Source of the DNA: an uncultured Gammaproteobacteria bacterium | GTDB lineage: Bacteria > Patescibacteriota > Microgenomatia > JALYQM01 | NCBI GenBank assembly: GCA_964535655.1 | Contig: CAZHTP010000006.1 | Coordinates: forward strand, 1,532 to 65,531 | Direction of reading: 5' to 3' | DNA length: 64,000 nt | Part shown: piece after piece, positions 42,125 to 51,748 of the stretch | Numbering within the stretch: the stretch's first letter is position 1 | Layout: the number at the start of each line of letters is the position of its first letter | Translations under genes and position numbers: made by a program | Notes under the pieces: model-generated | Seen by the model: the letters and a program-made list of their open reading frames with translations, nothing else | The model's database searches: none | Told to the model about the DNA's origin: nothing

Positions 42125-42290
42125 TTCAGCTATAATATCACAGTATATCAGAATGTAAAGATTCTGTTATATACAATCAAAAGTGTATAACACTAGTGAT
42201 ATATCCGTTAATTCTGTATATCAGTATTACGAAAATATGATACAAACTTCCAAACAGTGTATCTTTCCTGTTATAGAGAAACATTATATG

Positions 42291-42480
42291 GAAAAGGCCG
42301 GCGGGGTCTGGGATTGTGCGATAAAGTGAATGATTGATGCTTGTGGCATCCCTCATGCTTCGTCTGCACGCTCCGCTTTTGACCCGACCGGCCTTCTCTC
42401 TGCTCGACACGAATGTCTCTCACAACGCCACGCTTTCGCGCAGTCCGCTCATGCAGTTGCATGACGTTGTGAGAGACTTC
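42291..42480 (-). ncRNA. Candidate structured RNA (three-way junction plus long hairpin)
   Basis: 13-bp stem 42415-27/42465-77 enclosing two hairpins, one with a GAAA loop on the minus strand; long hairpin 42294-42395. Confidence 0.45.
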
Positions 42481-42486
42481 AAATTA

Positions 42487-42905
42487 CTATTGGGTCGCCA
42501 CGCAAGGGCGCCGATTGTAGATAGGCAGAATGGTGACCAGCCCTTGGCGAACGTCAGCGGCAGCAGCGACTTGCAGGGACTCTACGTATCCGGTACAGCC
42601 GTTGATGTTAATGCGTTGGACGTAGTAGTCGCCATCCTGGATCACGTTGAACAACTCGCCACCTGCGGACTCGTAGACTGAGTCGATGTCGTTGTAGTCG
42701 ATAACGCGGCCACTGCTGTCGGTGATCTCCGTGTTGGTGGCATTGACATGGATGAGTCCATTGGGTGCAGCATCGTCGCTGAGATCGGCCAGGTCGACCT
42801 GCTGGGTGGAGGTGGGGTTCTGGATCTGTGTAATCAGTTTGCTCGGGTCGAGGTTCACCGCGCCGCCATTCTCTACGTTAATGACGAGGTTGTTTGAATT
42901 GTTTT
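42487..42905 (-). pseudogene. 5'-truncated GC-rich foreign gene fragment
   Basis: Open frame with GC-rich codons ending abruptly head-to-head with the PIN gene. Confidence 0.5.
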
Positions 42906-43331
42906 GGGAAAAATAACCCTCCATTTATAATCGGTGATGCCGATAGGCTCATTGCCCTATTACAGAGTGACGATGCCAATCATACCATAGCTGTGAGGGT
43001 TGCTCAGAAACTAGTCGAGCAACAGACCGAGGTACTATTCCCAATGACAGCCATTATTGAAGCAGCCACAACCTTACAACGACGGTTAAACAGCCCGCAG
43101 TTAGCAGAGATTGTGCGTGACCAGGTGATTGCTGGGAAATTGCTCATCGAAAAAGTCGAGAAAGACACGCTACAAAAAGCCAGCCAGCTTTTTGACCCAC
43201 TTGGCTCCAAACAAAATACGCTCCTTGACGCTATTGTAGCCACGGTTGCTCGCAAGTATGCTGCCGCTGGTATCTTTTCCTTTGACGGGTGGTACACCAA
43301 ACAAGGTTTCCTGCTGATACCACAGATGTAA
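42906..43331 (+). pseudogene. PIN-domain (VapC-like) toxin lacking a start codon and antitoxin
   Basis: IIGDAD.LIAL..D.NH, IIEAAT, LLDAIV, FSFD..Y..GF. Confidence 0.75.
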
Positions 43332-43392
43332 GGGTCTCACGTCTTGTATAAAGTAGTCGTCCTTAAAGCGTATGTAATACATACCTTCTTTA

Positions 43393-43782
43393 TCAGACTT
43401 GGCTGCCCTCAACTTCTACTTGAAACCCACCATACATCATTCGCTTCATATCCACAGGCATCTGAAAATCTTTTAGTTCTGCCATCTGTTGTCCCATCTC
43501 TTCCATTACTTTCGCATTCACTTCATCACGATGCTCTTTTGATTTAAAGACAATAAATGAAAACCACACTGTCTCGCCGCTAGAAGCTCCCATGACATCA
43601 GGAAAAGCACGTGATTTCTCATCACCCATCTCTGCAGCCTTAAGGTCATTGCCACTACATTCATAGTATGCAAGTGCACCATTTTTGATCCATGAGTCTC
43701 TACCCATCTCAGCCATTTTTTTGTATTCTTCAGACTTATCTTTTGGAACAACGAGTACAAACCCATCCACATATTTTTCCAT
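43393..43782 (-). CDS. DUF1428 (YbaA-like) protein
   Basis: YVDGFVLVVP..HRDEVNAKVM..DMKRMMYGGF. Confidence 0.9.
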   Translation of the reverse strand: MEKYVDGFVLVVPKDKSEEYKKMAEMGRDSWIKNGALAYYECSGNDLKAAEMGDEKSRAFPDVMGASSGETVWFSFIVFKSKEHRDEVNAKVMEEMGQQMAELKDFQMPVDMKRMMYGGFQVEVEGSQV

Positions 43783-44018
43783 AATATTGACCTTTCTTTT
43801 ACTAAATCTGAATACAATTACATTATACTAAAAAAACCTAAATGTAGTAACTCAGTTGGCGCTAAAAAAGAGCCATTTCAAAACGGTATCCCGTTTCTGA
43901 ACGGTATCGGTATCCGATGCTCCCCCTAGTAAATACGCTTAGAACTTTTGACTACTCTATATTTCAGGTCCACTACTAGCTCTAGCAAAATAACAAACAT
44001 TTAGAGTAAACTATAATT

Positions 44019-45257
44019 ATGGAAAAAGGTAATGACTTAAATAACCTTGAAACTGGTAATCTGCAACCTCAACAAACCCAATCTGGCACAAAACAACAAT
44101 CAGTTAACGAAACTTTACCACAATCCCCACAACCCCAACCTAGTAAGAAATGGTTAATTCCAGGATTGATTGTCCTCGTCTTACTATCCGTTAGCCTTGC
44201 TGGTTATTTTGACTATCAAAACACTCAACCAAAAAAACAATCTAGTTCAATTCAACCAACACCCATATCTTCTACCCCTCAAGCTATGTCACCCACCAAT
44301 ACCCCTGTAAACAAACCGGAATTAAGCAACAAGCTTATTTCATATACTACAAACGAAGGATTGGTTGTGTCTGACATTGATGGAAATAATAAAAAGGTTG
44401 TTTTTACAGTAAAAGACCCTTATTTTTCTTGGGATTGGAACCCCAAGGCAAATGAAGTTGTTGCAAGTAATGGAATTATGAAAAATTTAGATACTGGCAT
44501 TGAAAAGAAAGTCCCAAGTGGTAGATGTCATAACTGGTCTCCTGATGGGAAAATGATTGCTTACGAAGGTTCGAGTGGTCTTTACTATGTTGAGGTAAGT
44601 AATCTTGCAAGCCCCATCAAAATTTCTGAGACTGGCGAGTTATGTGGTGGCTCCAACAGCGTTTTCCATTGGTCGCCAGATAGCAAATCCCTAATATACC
44701 TGACTAGTAATGGTGCTGGAATTACCAGCGAAGTAATTCACTCTATTATGAAGTATGACATTAACAGTCGGTCTACTACGAAAATATACCAAGATGAAAA
44801 AAGTTCTGGTCAAATTAGAACCCCATCAATTTCACCAGATGGAACAAAAGTGATGTTTATGATGAGTGTTGATAAAGGGAACAATTCTCAATTGACTGAA
44901 AATGTTTACACTATAAACATAGATGGTTCAGGCCTCACTCAACTTACAAATTTAGAGGCAGAAGGTGAATATGGTCAAGGTATAGGTATGCCTATTTTTA
45001 GCACGGATAGTAAGAGCATCTTCTTTGTCAGTAATAGCACTATAAGCAAATATCAAGGTTTAACAATGTTGGATATTCAACCAAAAACGATTACTCGTCT
45101 GGCAAACGAGACTGCAAACGCATATTCGCCCGCAACTGTTTCTCCTGATGGTAAATATGTAGCATATGACGCTTTTGGTAAAGTAGTAGTAGTCAACTTG
45201 CAAACAAAAGACAAAACTCTAATCAGCAACGCAGGGTTTGTGTTGTGGCAAAAATAA
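44019..45257 (+). CDS. Membrane-anchored TolB/PD40 beta-propeller protein
   Basis: Repeated WSPDG/SPDG motifs after a TM helix and Pro/Thr linker. Confidence 0.85.
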   Translation: MEKGNDLNNLETGNLQPQQTQSGTKQQSVNETLPQSPQPQPSKKWLIPGLIVLVLLSVSLAGYFDYQNTQPKKQSSSIQPTPISSTPQAMSPTNTPVNKPELSNKLISYTTNEGLVVSDIDGNNKKVVFTVKDPYFSWDWNPKANEVVASNGIMKNLDTGIEKKVPSGRCHNWSPDGKMIAYEGSSGLYYVEVSNLASPIKISETGELCGGSNSVFHWSPDSKSLIYLTSNGAGITSEVIHSIMKYDINSRSTTKIYQDEKSSGQIRTPSISPDGTKVMFMMSVDKGNNSQLTENVYTINIDGSGLTQLTNLEAEGEYGQGIGMPIFSTDSKSIFFVSNSTISKYQGLTMLDIQPKTITRLANETANAYSPATVSPDGKYVAYDAFGKVVVVNLQTKDKTLISNAGFVLWQK

Positions 45258-45333
45258 TTCCTCAAAAATAAGCTCCTTACTTTTTAATCCACAAGATTAA
45301 CTCCAAGCAGTATAATTGCATTGGAGCATAGTA

Positions 45334-45969
45334 ATGAAAAAAGTAACGAAACTACCATAAGTTGACCTGGATTTAGATAAGGTTAGCGATAATAAAAATA
45401 TCACTTTAGAAAAACTGAACCAGTTGTCCCTTGAAGAACGAGTCAAGTTTATTGAGCCAATTGTTCAGGCAAATAATGAGCAGTTTAGTAGACTTGCTAA
45501 TACAATTGCCGAAGTAGCCAACTTTGGTAAAACCTTTAGCAACCTTGCTGCCTCGATAAGATTACCTATTATTGACATTTTAGATAACCTTAAGCTCCCA
45601 GAGTTATCACAGATATCCGATTTTTATAGGGGTATTGATAGCAAAGCTATAAGTTTTGAAAGATATGACCCGCCAGTGACGATTAAAAAATCCAAATCGG
45701 AACTTGAGTTAGATGACGAAAGAAAAAAATTAACAGAAAAAAAGAATAAACTACTTTCCAATAACCAGGATTGGAAGCAAAAAGCTTCGAACTTCTTTTT
45801 AACGCTTATTGATGCTAAAAACAAATTTCTAGAAGCAAATCAGGAAAAACAGTACGCTTCTGTGAGACGTGTATCTTCGAACCTCTTACTACTAAACAAA
45901 AGTGTTATTGTAGAGGACAAAACGCCGTATTCATATCTCTTAAATTATCAATCTGTACTATTGGGCTGA
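45334..45969 (+). pseudogene. Chimeric pseudogene: unknown N-terminus (stop at 45358) fused to a serine recombinase C-terminus
   Basis: DWKQKASNFF..QEKQ..SNLLLL matches the end of the 55250-56443 product. Confidence 0.8.
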
Positions 45970-47011
45970 GAGCGTTTCAAAACGGGCGCTTGGCATAGGT
46001 AGATTAGGGGATGATGTAAGGATAAATAAGTAGTTTCACTAGGTGAAGAGAAATATAAGATAGAATAATAAGATATGAAAAAAAGTATGGGTGTCCAACA
46101 TGTAAGAGTAACGAAGTAATACGCAAAGGGGTACGAGAAGGAAGAGAACGGTATAAGTGTAAAGGATGTGGCAAATGGTTTTCAATTAACAGGAAGGCAA
46201 AAGTAAGTAATAAGCAACTGTTACTTGAACACATTGATGGGTATTCTTTTCGTACCCTAGCACTTCATCACAACAGTTCAGCGGCAACAATATACAGACA
46301 GTGCAAAAAAGCATGGGAAGAATTACCGCATTGTGCAGACATAACGAGAAAGTACTGCAACCGGTTTAGTGGGACATTACTGGTTGATGGGAAGTATGTA
46401 AAAGTAAAAGGATACGAGCGAGAGATACCCGTGTTGTATGGAGTAGACTACTATACACATGACATACCAACATATTTGTTTTCAATAGGAGAGAATTACC
46501 AAACATGTGATGAATTTTTTCGAGACTTACGGTTACTCAATTATCCACTCCAAAATCTTGTGTGTGATGACAACAAAAATATATACCAAGCGTGTAGTCA
46601 CACATACCCGAAGGTAGTAACACAACTGTGCTTGAATCACTACAAAGAAAATCTAAGAAGGATTCTTCAATCACGAAGACAAGGAAATGAGTACTATGCA
46701 AAATTTATGTATGAAATAACGCAACTATTTGCCAAGAAGAGGTCGCGTGTTGAGTTCAATACACATGCAACAAAGAGTAGATATGCTGTGTGCTCACTGG
46801 TACAACAAGGAAATACCTCAGACAAATAATTTAATAGAGGGATTAAATTCACATTTGGAAGCTCGTTTAAAGACTATCCAAGGTTTTGAAACATTTGACC
46901 ATGCAGATAATTGGTTAAACAGTTATTTCCTCAGAAGAAGGCTCAGACCATTTACTGACTGCAATAAAAAGTTTAAAGAACTAAACGGAAAAATATCTTT
47001 ACAGCAAACAT
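45970..47011 (+). mobile_element. Degraded IS with zinc-ribbon DDE transposase (IS256/IS1-like)
   Basis: ATG 46075 then an A7 frameshift; CPTC..YKCKGC, LVDGK, LVCDD, QLCLNH, TNNLIEGLNS; second break near 46772. Confidence 0.8.
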
Positions 47012-47102
47012 GAGACTGTCAAGTCTTTTGTGTAAATGGGATTTAGATTCATAAATATTTTGTTAACCTCCCCTCAAACATAATGGCAAACTGAGAGATA
47101 GC
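47012..47102 (-). mobile_element. 3' end remnant of an IS256-family element
   Basis: Terminus GAGACTGTCAAGTCTTTTGTGTAAA; minus-strand frame AISQFAIMFEGRL, typical of IS256 transposase C-termini. Confidence 0.8.
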
Positions 47103-47517
47103 AATAAAGTTTCTCGACAAATAAGTCATTTATTGAATGCACGCTTACATTAACTGACTTATCCTTAAAAGAATACTCCTTTATGCTGTACTCGCAAATA
47201 GTAGAAGGAACAACATAAATATCAATGTGCAATATTTCGTTTTTATTATCATAAAAAGTAATTCGGTTATCCTTATAAAGACTGGATCGATTATGGGCAG
47301 TATCCCCATCGCAGTATAAAAATCTCAATGAATTCTTAGTAAGATATTCTAAGGATTTACTATTCTCAATCGTTAAATCTACATCGTAGGAATAGTTACG
47401 ATTGAATTGAAAGATTTTTACAATGGCAGTCCCTCCTTGCACATGGACAACATCTTTTAAGAGAAAGTCTGAGTAGAGATTAAATAGAAAGCAATTAATA
47501 TATTGTTCTGTTGTCAT
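47074..47517 (-). pseudogene. AbiEii-like nucleotidyltransferase, C-terminally truncated
   Basis: QGGTA..R.YSYDVD, ..EKL, then runs into the IS256 remnant. Confidence 0.75.
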
Positions 47518-48308
47518 AATGTATCGATAAAAGCAGTTATTTTATTTAGCGAATTAGAGTCAATTATTCCTTTAGTTTTTTTGGTATATATTAAGTCATA
47601 TAAATTAAAAAAGAATTTTTGAGTACGAATCATTTCTTCAAAACATAAAGGAGAATTATATTCCTGTATAAAAATATCTTCTAACTCTGCTACAAGATTA
47701 GTTAAATGGAAGAATTGAACAACATCAGAAATGCCAACATCTATTCTACAGTCAGTCCAATCAATAAATTTAACCTCATCCTTTTTAGTAAAAATTATAT
47801 TATTACCGCTTAAATCACCGTGAACAATCGATAAAGAATAAGCAACTTGCTCTAATTCAGTCCTTAGCTCAACAAGGTTAAACATGGCCTTATCTATATT
47901 CAAGATCGACTTTACCCATTCTTGGCTATCTCCAACAATTAAGTCAAAAACTAAAATAGGATCGTACTTTTTATCTTTATATATAAAATTATCGAAGTGA
48001 TTATAAGTATTATCGCTTAGAAAAAATCTATGTATTTGCGAGAGCGACTGAGCAATTTGCCTAATCTGATGTTCTGATGGATTAGGGATGGAGTTATACA
48101 TATCACCTTCAATAAACTCTTCAAGGAAGCCATCGGGTGTATAGCTCTCACAATACGGCACATGTCCAGTCTGAATCAAAAGTCGTTGAATAAAATACTC
48201 AGTTTCTTGTACTGATTTATCTTGAACACTTTTATGTACCCAACGCTTACCGTCTTTTGTAATAAATTCGTTATTATGGGGGTTATCAGTAAATATTATT
48301 TTAGCCAT
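47514..48308 (-). CDS. Aminoglycoside/choline kinase-like phosphotransferase
   Basis: EEFIEG, HGDLSGNNI, FIDW. Confidence 0.85.
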   Translation of the reverse strand: MAKIIFTDNPHNNEFITKDGKRWVHKSVQDKSVQETEYFIQRLLIQTGHVPYCESYTPDGFLEEFIEGDMYNSIPNPSEHQIRQIAQSLSQIHRFFLSDNTYNHFDNFIYKDKKYDPILVFDLIVGDSQEWVKSILNIDKAMFNLVELRTELEQVAYSLSIVHGDLSGNNIIFTKKDEVKFIDWTDCRIDVGISDVVQFFHLTNLVAELEDIFIQEYNSPLCFEEMIRTQKFFFNLYDLIYTKKTKGIIDSNSLNKITAFIDTL

Positions 48309-48942
48309 TTATTGTGAATTGAGTGTTAAACCATTTCCTGAAATCTTTATATCCATTGTCGTAGTCAATATATTGATAAAAATTGCCGCCAAAGTCTTTC
48401 ATAAATTCTCCATTTTTTGGCTTATCATCAATAAAAAGGGTTTGCTCTGGCTCTATTGAAAGCTTGTCTAAAACGTATCTTAAAAATTTACCATCATTAT
48501 GTGATTTAAGCATCTGATATTTTGAAGAAGAAAAAATATTATCAAAGTGATAATTAAGCTCATTAAGTGGGACAAAAATATTATCAAAGACATCCATATT
48601 ATCTGTAAAGATTGAAACAGTCACGCCATTAGTGCGAAGTTCTTTAGCAAATTTAAACAAGTTACTATTCATTTTCATTTTCTTAACACTATCAATTAAG
48701 CTCTTATTTAAAAAGTCCTCGTCCACTTGGATTTGCTCAGATACAATTGAATGGATATCTCTGTACGATTTATCTCCGATCATCCAAGTCTGTATTAATG
48801 GCCATGCTTCTTTACTAAAAATTTTACTTATAATTTTTTCTTTTATATCTGATTTCTTTGGAGAAATAGTGCTATAAAACCTACCGTTCGACAAAACCCC
48901 ATCAAAATCGAATAATACAGACTTTATGTTATTGTTTTTCAT
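48301..48942 (-). CDS. HAD superfamily phosphatase
   Basis: FDFDGVL, TDN, K, LFIDD. Confidence 0.88.
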   Translation of the reverse strand: MKNNNIKSVLFDFDGVLSNGRFYSTISPKKSDIKEKIISKIFSKEAWPLIQTWMIGDKSYRDIHSIVSEQIQVDEDFLNKSLIDSVKKMKMNSNLFKFAKELRTNGVTVSIFTDNMDVFDNIFVPLNELNYHFDNIFSSSKYQMLKSHNDGKFLRYVLDKLSIEPEQTLFIDDKPKNGEFMKDFGGNFYQYIDYDNGYKDFRKWFNTQFTING

Positions 48943-48946
48943 ATAA

Positions 48947-50194
48947 TTATATATTTAAATTAATGCTACTTATTAATTTATCATAAAAACTATCGAGTTT
49001 TTGACTCATTTGCTGTTCTGTTATCTCCAGTCCTCTTTTTATCGAACTATCCCAAAGAGCATATCTTTGATCTTTTGTCCTATTTTCTAGTTCAGCATCC
49101 CCTGTAAAACTGTTCTTATCTTCAACATAGTTTTTATATTCCATTAATGCAAACGTCATAGCATAATCGAGATTAGCTTTAAGGTAAAAAGAGAGAAAGC
49201 TTCCAATCTTAACTTTTAAAAATGTTTCATTATCTACACGACATCCCGTCTGAGAAAATGCTTGATTTGACATAACTCTAATTTCTTCTAGCGAGTATGG
49301 AATTGATTGATATTTTATATTTTTTAATGAAGGATCTAATCGGTCTTTTGAAGACCCGTATTTAAGATGAGTACATGCAATTCGTGCATCTGGTAAATGA
49401 TAAATAGTATATCCATGATTAATAACATTATGTGCTAATTCTAAGTGTTCCGAGTAGTCATTTGCCCATACTGACAAATCCAAAAAATTGCCTGATTTTA
49501 AAATAGCATCTCTGTTATTTATAGTTGGAACCTTAAAGGTATCTACTTGGAAAGGTTTGAGAATAGTTTTAGTATCATCAAAATAAATATTTTGAGTTGT
49601 TCTGTATTCAGTTGGATAACAGTCAAAATTATGATAAAACCATGCATTTTTAAAGTCTGTTCGTCCAATTTTCTCTATATGCTCATCTCTCACAAAATCG
49701 ACTTGATAATCTTCAATCATTGGAAGATTAATACAGGCAAGATTTTCATCACGACTCTGTAATTCGATGTATGCAATTAGCCCACCCAAAATAAAGTCCT
49801 TTTTATACAAGCAGTCATCATCGACTAGAAAGAAAATATTATTAGAGATCGCATCTATACCTTCTCTACGACTAAAAGAGCATCCTTTTCTAAAATTCCT
49901 AGATATAACTTTAATATTCAACTTATATTTAGAACGAAGCCAGTCAAGATTTTCCAAAGTATAGTCAGTTGAACCATCAACAACTACTAGAAATTCAATG
50001 GTTTGGGAATATGATCCATTAATCAAAGTCAAAAAAGCCCATGTCAATGGGTTGAGCATGAAGTCTTTATTTGGACATCTGTTATATGTCACAAAAATAA
50101 TGCTAAAAGCTAATTCTGCAATTTGAGGATATTTCTGCAATAGACTGACCACTTGTTGGTCAGATAATTGAGGCGATGGAAGATTAGACTGCAT
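48947..50194 (-). CDS. GT2-like glycosyltransferase
   Basis: TYNR, DGSTD, VDDD. Confidence 0.85.
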   Translation of the reverse strand: MQSNLPSPQLSDQQVVSLLQKYPQIAELAFSIIFVTYNRCPNKDFMLNPLTWAFLTLINGSYSQTIEFLVVVDGSTDYTLENLDWLRSKYKLNIKVISRNFRKGCSFSRREGIDAISNNIFFLVDDDCLYKKDFILGGLIAYIELQSRDENLACINLPMIEDYQVDFVRDEHIEKIGRTDFKNAWFYHNFDCYPTEYRTTQNIYFDDTKTILKPFQVDTFKVPTINNRDAILKSGNFLDLSVWANDYSEHLELAHNVINHGYTIYHLPDARIACTHLKYGSSKDRLDPSLKNIKYQSIPYSLEEIRVMSNQAFSQTGCRVDNETFLKVKIGSFLSFYLKANLDYAMTFALMEYKNYVEDKNSFTGDAELENRTKDQRYALWDSSIKRGLEITEQQMSQKLDSFYDKLISSINLNI

Positions 50195-50279
50195 TTGTCA
50201 GCATAATAGACTTAAGCTTTGTTGAAGTCAAGGCTATAAATAAGCTATTTCAATATAAAAATCACTGAAATTAAAATTA

Positions 50280-50489
50280 TCAGTTAAACAACTCACTCAT
50301 CCGACATTTCAACACCTGAGAAATTCTAAAAATCGTATAAACTGGAGAGTTCGCTTCGCCTCTCTCAATTCGACTCAACGTCGTGTAGTGAATACCTACT
50401 TTGTGCGAAAGTTCCTCTTGAGACAAGCCCATCTCCTCACGGAACTTCCTAATACGTTTACCCAACTCGATATTAACTTTATACTTCAT
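50280..50489 (-). CDS. XRE-family HTH regulator (C-protein-like)
   Basis: LGKRIR..GLSQEEL..SRIERGE.N. Confidence 0.9.
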   Translation of the reverse strand: MKYKVNIELGKRIRKFREEMGLSQEELSHKVGIHYTTLSRIERGEANSPVYTIFRISQVLKCRMSELFN

Positions 50490-50524
50490 TACTTTACAAC
50501 GTAATGAAAGTCGGGTTTAATGAG

Positions 50525-50556
50525 TATAGCGTCAGACGCTATATTTGAGTTATAAT
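50525..50556. promoter_or_regulatory. Perfect palindromic operator between divergent genes, plus TATAAT
   Basis: TATAGCGTC-A-GACGCTATA at 50525-50543; TATAAT at 50551. Confidence 0.7.
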
Positions 50557-50588
50557 CAAGCGTGAAGAAGAACAAGTCACAATAACCT

Positions 50589-51401
50589 ATGGCACAAACA
50601 CAATACATATGTTCAAACTGCAACCATCTCGGAAAAGGAAAAATAAAATATCAAGGGAGCTTCTTTATCGAGGCAATTTTATGGTTATTCTTCATAATCC
50701 CTGGACTGATTTACTCCGCTTGGCGCAGTAACAGCAAGCAATATATTTGCACCCAATGCGGAAGCAGTCCACTAATTCCAACTAATACGCCTAAGGGTCA
50801 AGAGTTATACAAATCAATCCAAGAAAAACACCCAGATACAATCGCAGCAAACCAACAAGAAGGAATAACAGCTTCAAAATCACGACGCAAAAAGTTCATC
50901 ACTTATATGGGTTTAGCAATATTTTTTATAATCGGGTTCACCACAATTCGAAACCTAGCCACATCACAACCAATAGAAGGCTCACAACAAGTTCAATCAA
51001 TCACGCTGACAAATACACCTAGTCCAACAACATTACTTATCGATATTCCCTATCAAACATATCCAACTCAAATAGATAATGAAGTAAATACAGATTTTGA
51101 AACAAAAAATATAATAATCGATCCAAAATATGTAAATCAAACGGATTTAACCGCATTAGGAGAAAAACTTAAAAACGAAACCAAAAATCAATCGCATGTC
51201 TTTATTTCTATTTACGACAATACTAAGGCTGCTCAACTACGCGACAAGGCAACAAGAGATGAACTAAACAAAACTGACGCAACATTTTATGACAAACATT
51301 TTGTCGGGCAATACACAAAAAATACAGCAACCGGCTTTCATCAGTTTCAAATATATATCAACGGCTTAAGCGGTAAAAATCAAAAGACGATTACTTACTA
51401 A
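50589..51401 (+). CDS. Membrane protein with a split zinc ribbon (LITAF-like) and extracellular domain
   Basis: CSNC..LWLFFIIPGLIYSAWR..CTQCG. Confidence 0.75.
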   Translation: MAQTQYICSNCNHLGKGKIKYQGSFFIEAILWLFFIIPGLIYSAWRSNSKQYICTQCGSSPLIPTNTPKGQELYKSIQEKHPDTIAANQQEGITASKSRRKKFITYMGLAIFFIIGFTTIRNLATSQPIEGSQQVQSITLTNTPSPTTLLIDIPYQTYPTQIDNEVNTDFETKNIIIDPKYVNQTDLTALGEKLKNETKNQSHVFISIYDNTKAAQLRDKATRDELNKTDATFYDKHFVGQYTKNTATGFHQFQIYINGLSGKNQKTITY

Positions 51402-51537
51402 CTTCACCAATTATCAACCAGCATACACAGCTACAGAAGCTCTTAGGCCATTCGTTTAGTAGTTTTAACAAAATAAAATTTCATAATAAGTTAAAGTAAT
51501 TATCTTATGATCATCTCAGAGCAATATTTAAGTCTCT

Positions 51538-51748
51538 GAAAACTCCTGCCTAAAAAGGGGGTTTCTAGAAAAAACAATCTGTGTCTGAAGAAAGACGATA
51601 CTACAAACATCTCACATCAAATTGAAAATTTACGAAAACTCGAACTCCAAACGATAATTTTCGGAAAAAACTGAATTGTTTCTACAAACAACCATCTTAC
51701 ACTTTTCTGCGAAAACTCGAGCGTAAAAATGGGGTTTCCTCAAAAAAA
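51538..51748 (+). repeat. Three imperfect ~38-bp direct repeats
   Basis: GAAAACTC-N16-TTTY-NN-SAAAAAA at 51538, 51634 and 51711. Confidence 0.6.

Noticed and set aside
42334-42681. Plus-strand 115-aa ORF and other short antisense ORFs in the track
   Set aside because: Shadows of real genes or of GC-rich structured DNA; no RBS or motifs
51538-51748. CRISPR array
   Set aside because: Repeats are degenerate, spacers are unequal and mutually similar, and no cas genes are present
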